Made by a program: the position numbers and the translations under genes. DNA of 64,000 nucleotides from Vicinamibacteria bacterium (lineage in GTDB: Bacteria; Acidobacteriota; Vicinamibacteria; Marinacidobacterales; Marinacidobacteraceae): the NCBI GenBank assembly GCA_963668695.2, contig CAXXLQ010000004.1, forward strand, positions 2,080,001-2,144,000, written 5' to 3'. Under the pieces are notes generated by a model. That model searched no databases, had not been told where the DNA came from, and saw only the letters and a list, made by a program, of their open reading frames with translations. Shown here piece by piece: positions 62,806 to 64,000 of this stretch (positions within the stretch are counted from its first letter, which is position 1; each line of letters begins with the position of its first letter).

Positions 62806-63741
62806 GTGCCGCGAACGCTCTGCTGCCTGTTCGGTTTGCTGGTCGCGGGAGGGTGCGGCGGATCCGGGACTTCCCCTTCGTCGCCGCCTCCGGCCGCCCC
62901 GGCGCCCCCGGCCACCCCGCCGCCGGATCCCACACCCCCGCCGAACGCTCATGTCGTGGCGGGGTTCGCGCGCGACCGCATCGAGATCCGGGAAGGGGAA
63001 ACGATCCATCTGGAGGTCCCCTTCGATGCCGTCGCCGACCTTCGGTTCTTCGTGTACGACGCCGTGACGATACGGGTTGGGGTCGAGATCCTGGAGGATG
63101 ACGCCTCCGCCGACGACCTGCTGGTGGCGCGCGAGATCGCGGTGTACGGCAACGGCCGCGGGAGGACACCGCCGGTCAGCGATGTCGCCCTCGTCACGAT
63201 CCGGGCGCGGGAGGATGGCCTGGCCGAGCCGCCGGAACGGTTGCGCCTGCGACTCAAGCCCGCCAGCGTGAGTCCGTGGTATCTTGCGGAGCCCTTGAAT
63301 GTCGGCTTGACCCGGCCGGAGATCGAAGTGGTGATCCTTGACGGCGCGAACGAATGTTCGGACATCCGGATCAGCGCCGCCGCGCCCCGGCGGGTCGACA
63401 GCGGGACGGCCTGCGAACGGGGGATCCACGAGACGGAGATCACCGTCGAGACCGGGGAACCCCAGACCGGGGAACACCAGCCGCTGCAAATGGGGTCCTC
63501 CGCCGTTTCCCGGGTCCTGGCGAGGCGCACCGAGCCGGCCGGGGCCGGTTTTCGGCACTCCCTGACGGTCCAGTGGCGGCTCGGACCCGGTCCGGAGCAG
63601 GAGTTCCGCTTTCAGCCGTGCCTGGACCCGGGGCGCGGCCCCACCCTGATCTGCTCGAACCGGGCCTGCGGGGTCTTCGCCGAGGGGGAAGAGGTCCCGC
63701 CGCCGCAGCCCCCGGTGTGCGGCCGCGCCCTCGGGGAGTGA
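62806..63741 (+). CDS. Lipoprotein with a Calx-beta-like domain (paralog of 39865-40800)
   Basis: AGG-C lipobox; shared GRTPPVSD, REDGL.E, IEVVILDGA..CS and EPAGAGFRH blocks. Confidence 0.72.
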   Translation: MPRTLCCLFGLLVAGGCGGSGTSPSSPPPAAPAPPATPPPDPTPPPNAHVVAGFARDRIEIREGETIHLEVPFDAVADLRFFVYDAVTIRVGVEILEDDASADDLLVAREIAVYGNGRGRTPPVSDVALVTIRAREDGLAEPPERLRLRLKPASVSPWYLAEPLNVGLTRPEIEVVILDGANECSDIRISAAAPRRVDSGTACERGIHETEITVETGEPQTGEHQPLQMGSSAVSRVLARRTEPAGAGFRHSLTVQWRLGPGPEQEFRFQPCLDPGRGPTLICSNRACGVFAEGEEVPPPQPPVCGRALGE

Positions 63742-63803
63742 GGAAACGCGGCAATGGATCGCCGGGGCCTGACGGAGCATGGGCGGCTGGCGGAGGCGCG
63801 AGG

Positions 63804-64000
63804 ATGACGTCCGGATCGCGGCGCGGCGTGGCCCACGGGGTTTCGGGGGTCCTCCTGCTGGCGGCGCTGCTCCTCCCCGCCCGGCCCGGCACCGCCTACC
63901 GGTTCTATCGGGCCGAGGGGTTCCACATCCCGCCGGCGGCCTACGCGGCCCGCTGGGACGCGGCGGCGTTCCCGCTGACGTTCCGTGTCCTGGACAACGA
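63804..64000 (+). CDS. Secreted protein, 5' part (probably another matrixin-like gene); runs off the window end
   Basis: Manual translation: signal peptide then AYRFY...RWD...FPL.F, resembling the AYRF N-terminus of 40802-41911. Confidence 0.5.
   Translation, partial: MTSGSRRGVAHGVSGVLLLAALLLPARPGTAYRFYRAEGFHIPPAAYAARWDAAAFPLTFRVLDN

Overview
High-GC bacterial chromosome segment. Acidobacteriota-like and possibly host-associated; this is an inference from gene content only. Positions 1-27000 are mostly housekeeping genes: uppP, rsmA, trxB, a TlpA-type thioredoxin, purA, tRNA-Lys/Glu, type-2 ileS, a PLP aminotransferase, gmk, coaBC, udg, priA, HU/IHF, der, merR and tRNA-Pro. They are interrupted by an accessory block (ParDE and VapBC modules around a ~1.45-kb satellite of about 55 CTCCACG cores, plus an AAA-ATPase/DUF4276 pair). 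Positions 27000-64000 are accessory and rich in surface or secreted proteins. The best candidate for an undescribed system is a Cys-rich surface lipoprotein gene with its own RBS (31179-33113, +). Two inverted, 5'-truncated paralogous cassettes face it (43125-44995 and 42425-42928), each with the same terminator, next to a tyrosine recombinase. This geometry suggests antigenic variation by inversion or gene conversion. Also notable: a dispersed family of small membrane-anchored coiled-coil genes sharing a precisely spaced upstream motif; a 14-bp x4 VNTR in a DUF4276 gene; three lipidated subtilase autotransporter-like genes; duplicated matrixin plus lipoprotein pairs; and a MITE family, one copy of which splits a gene. 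Many frameshifts in the variable genes may be assembly errors. All family assignments come from motif recognition by eye, not from database searches.
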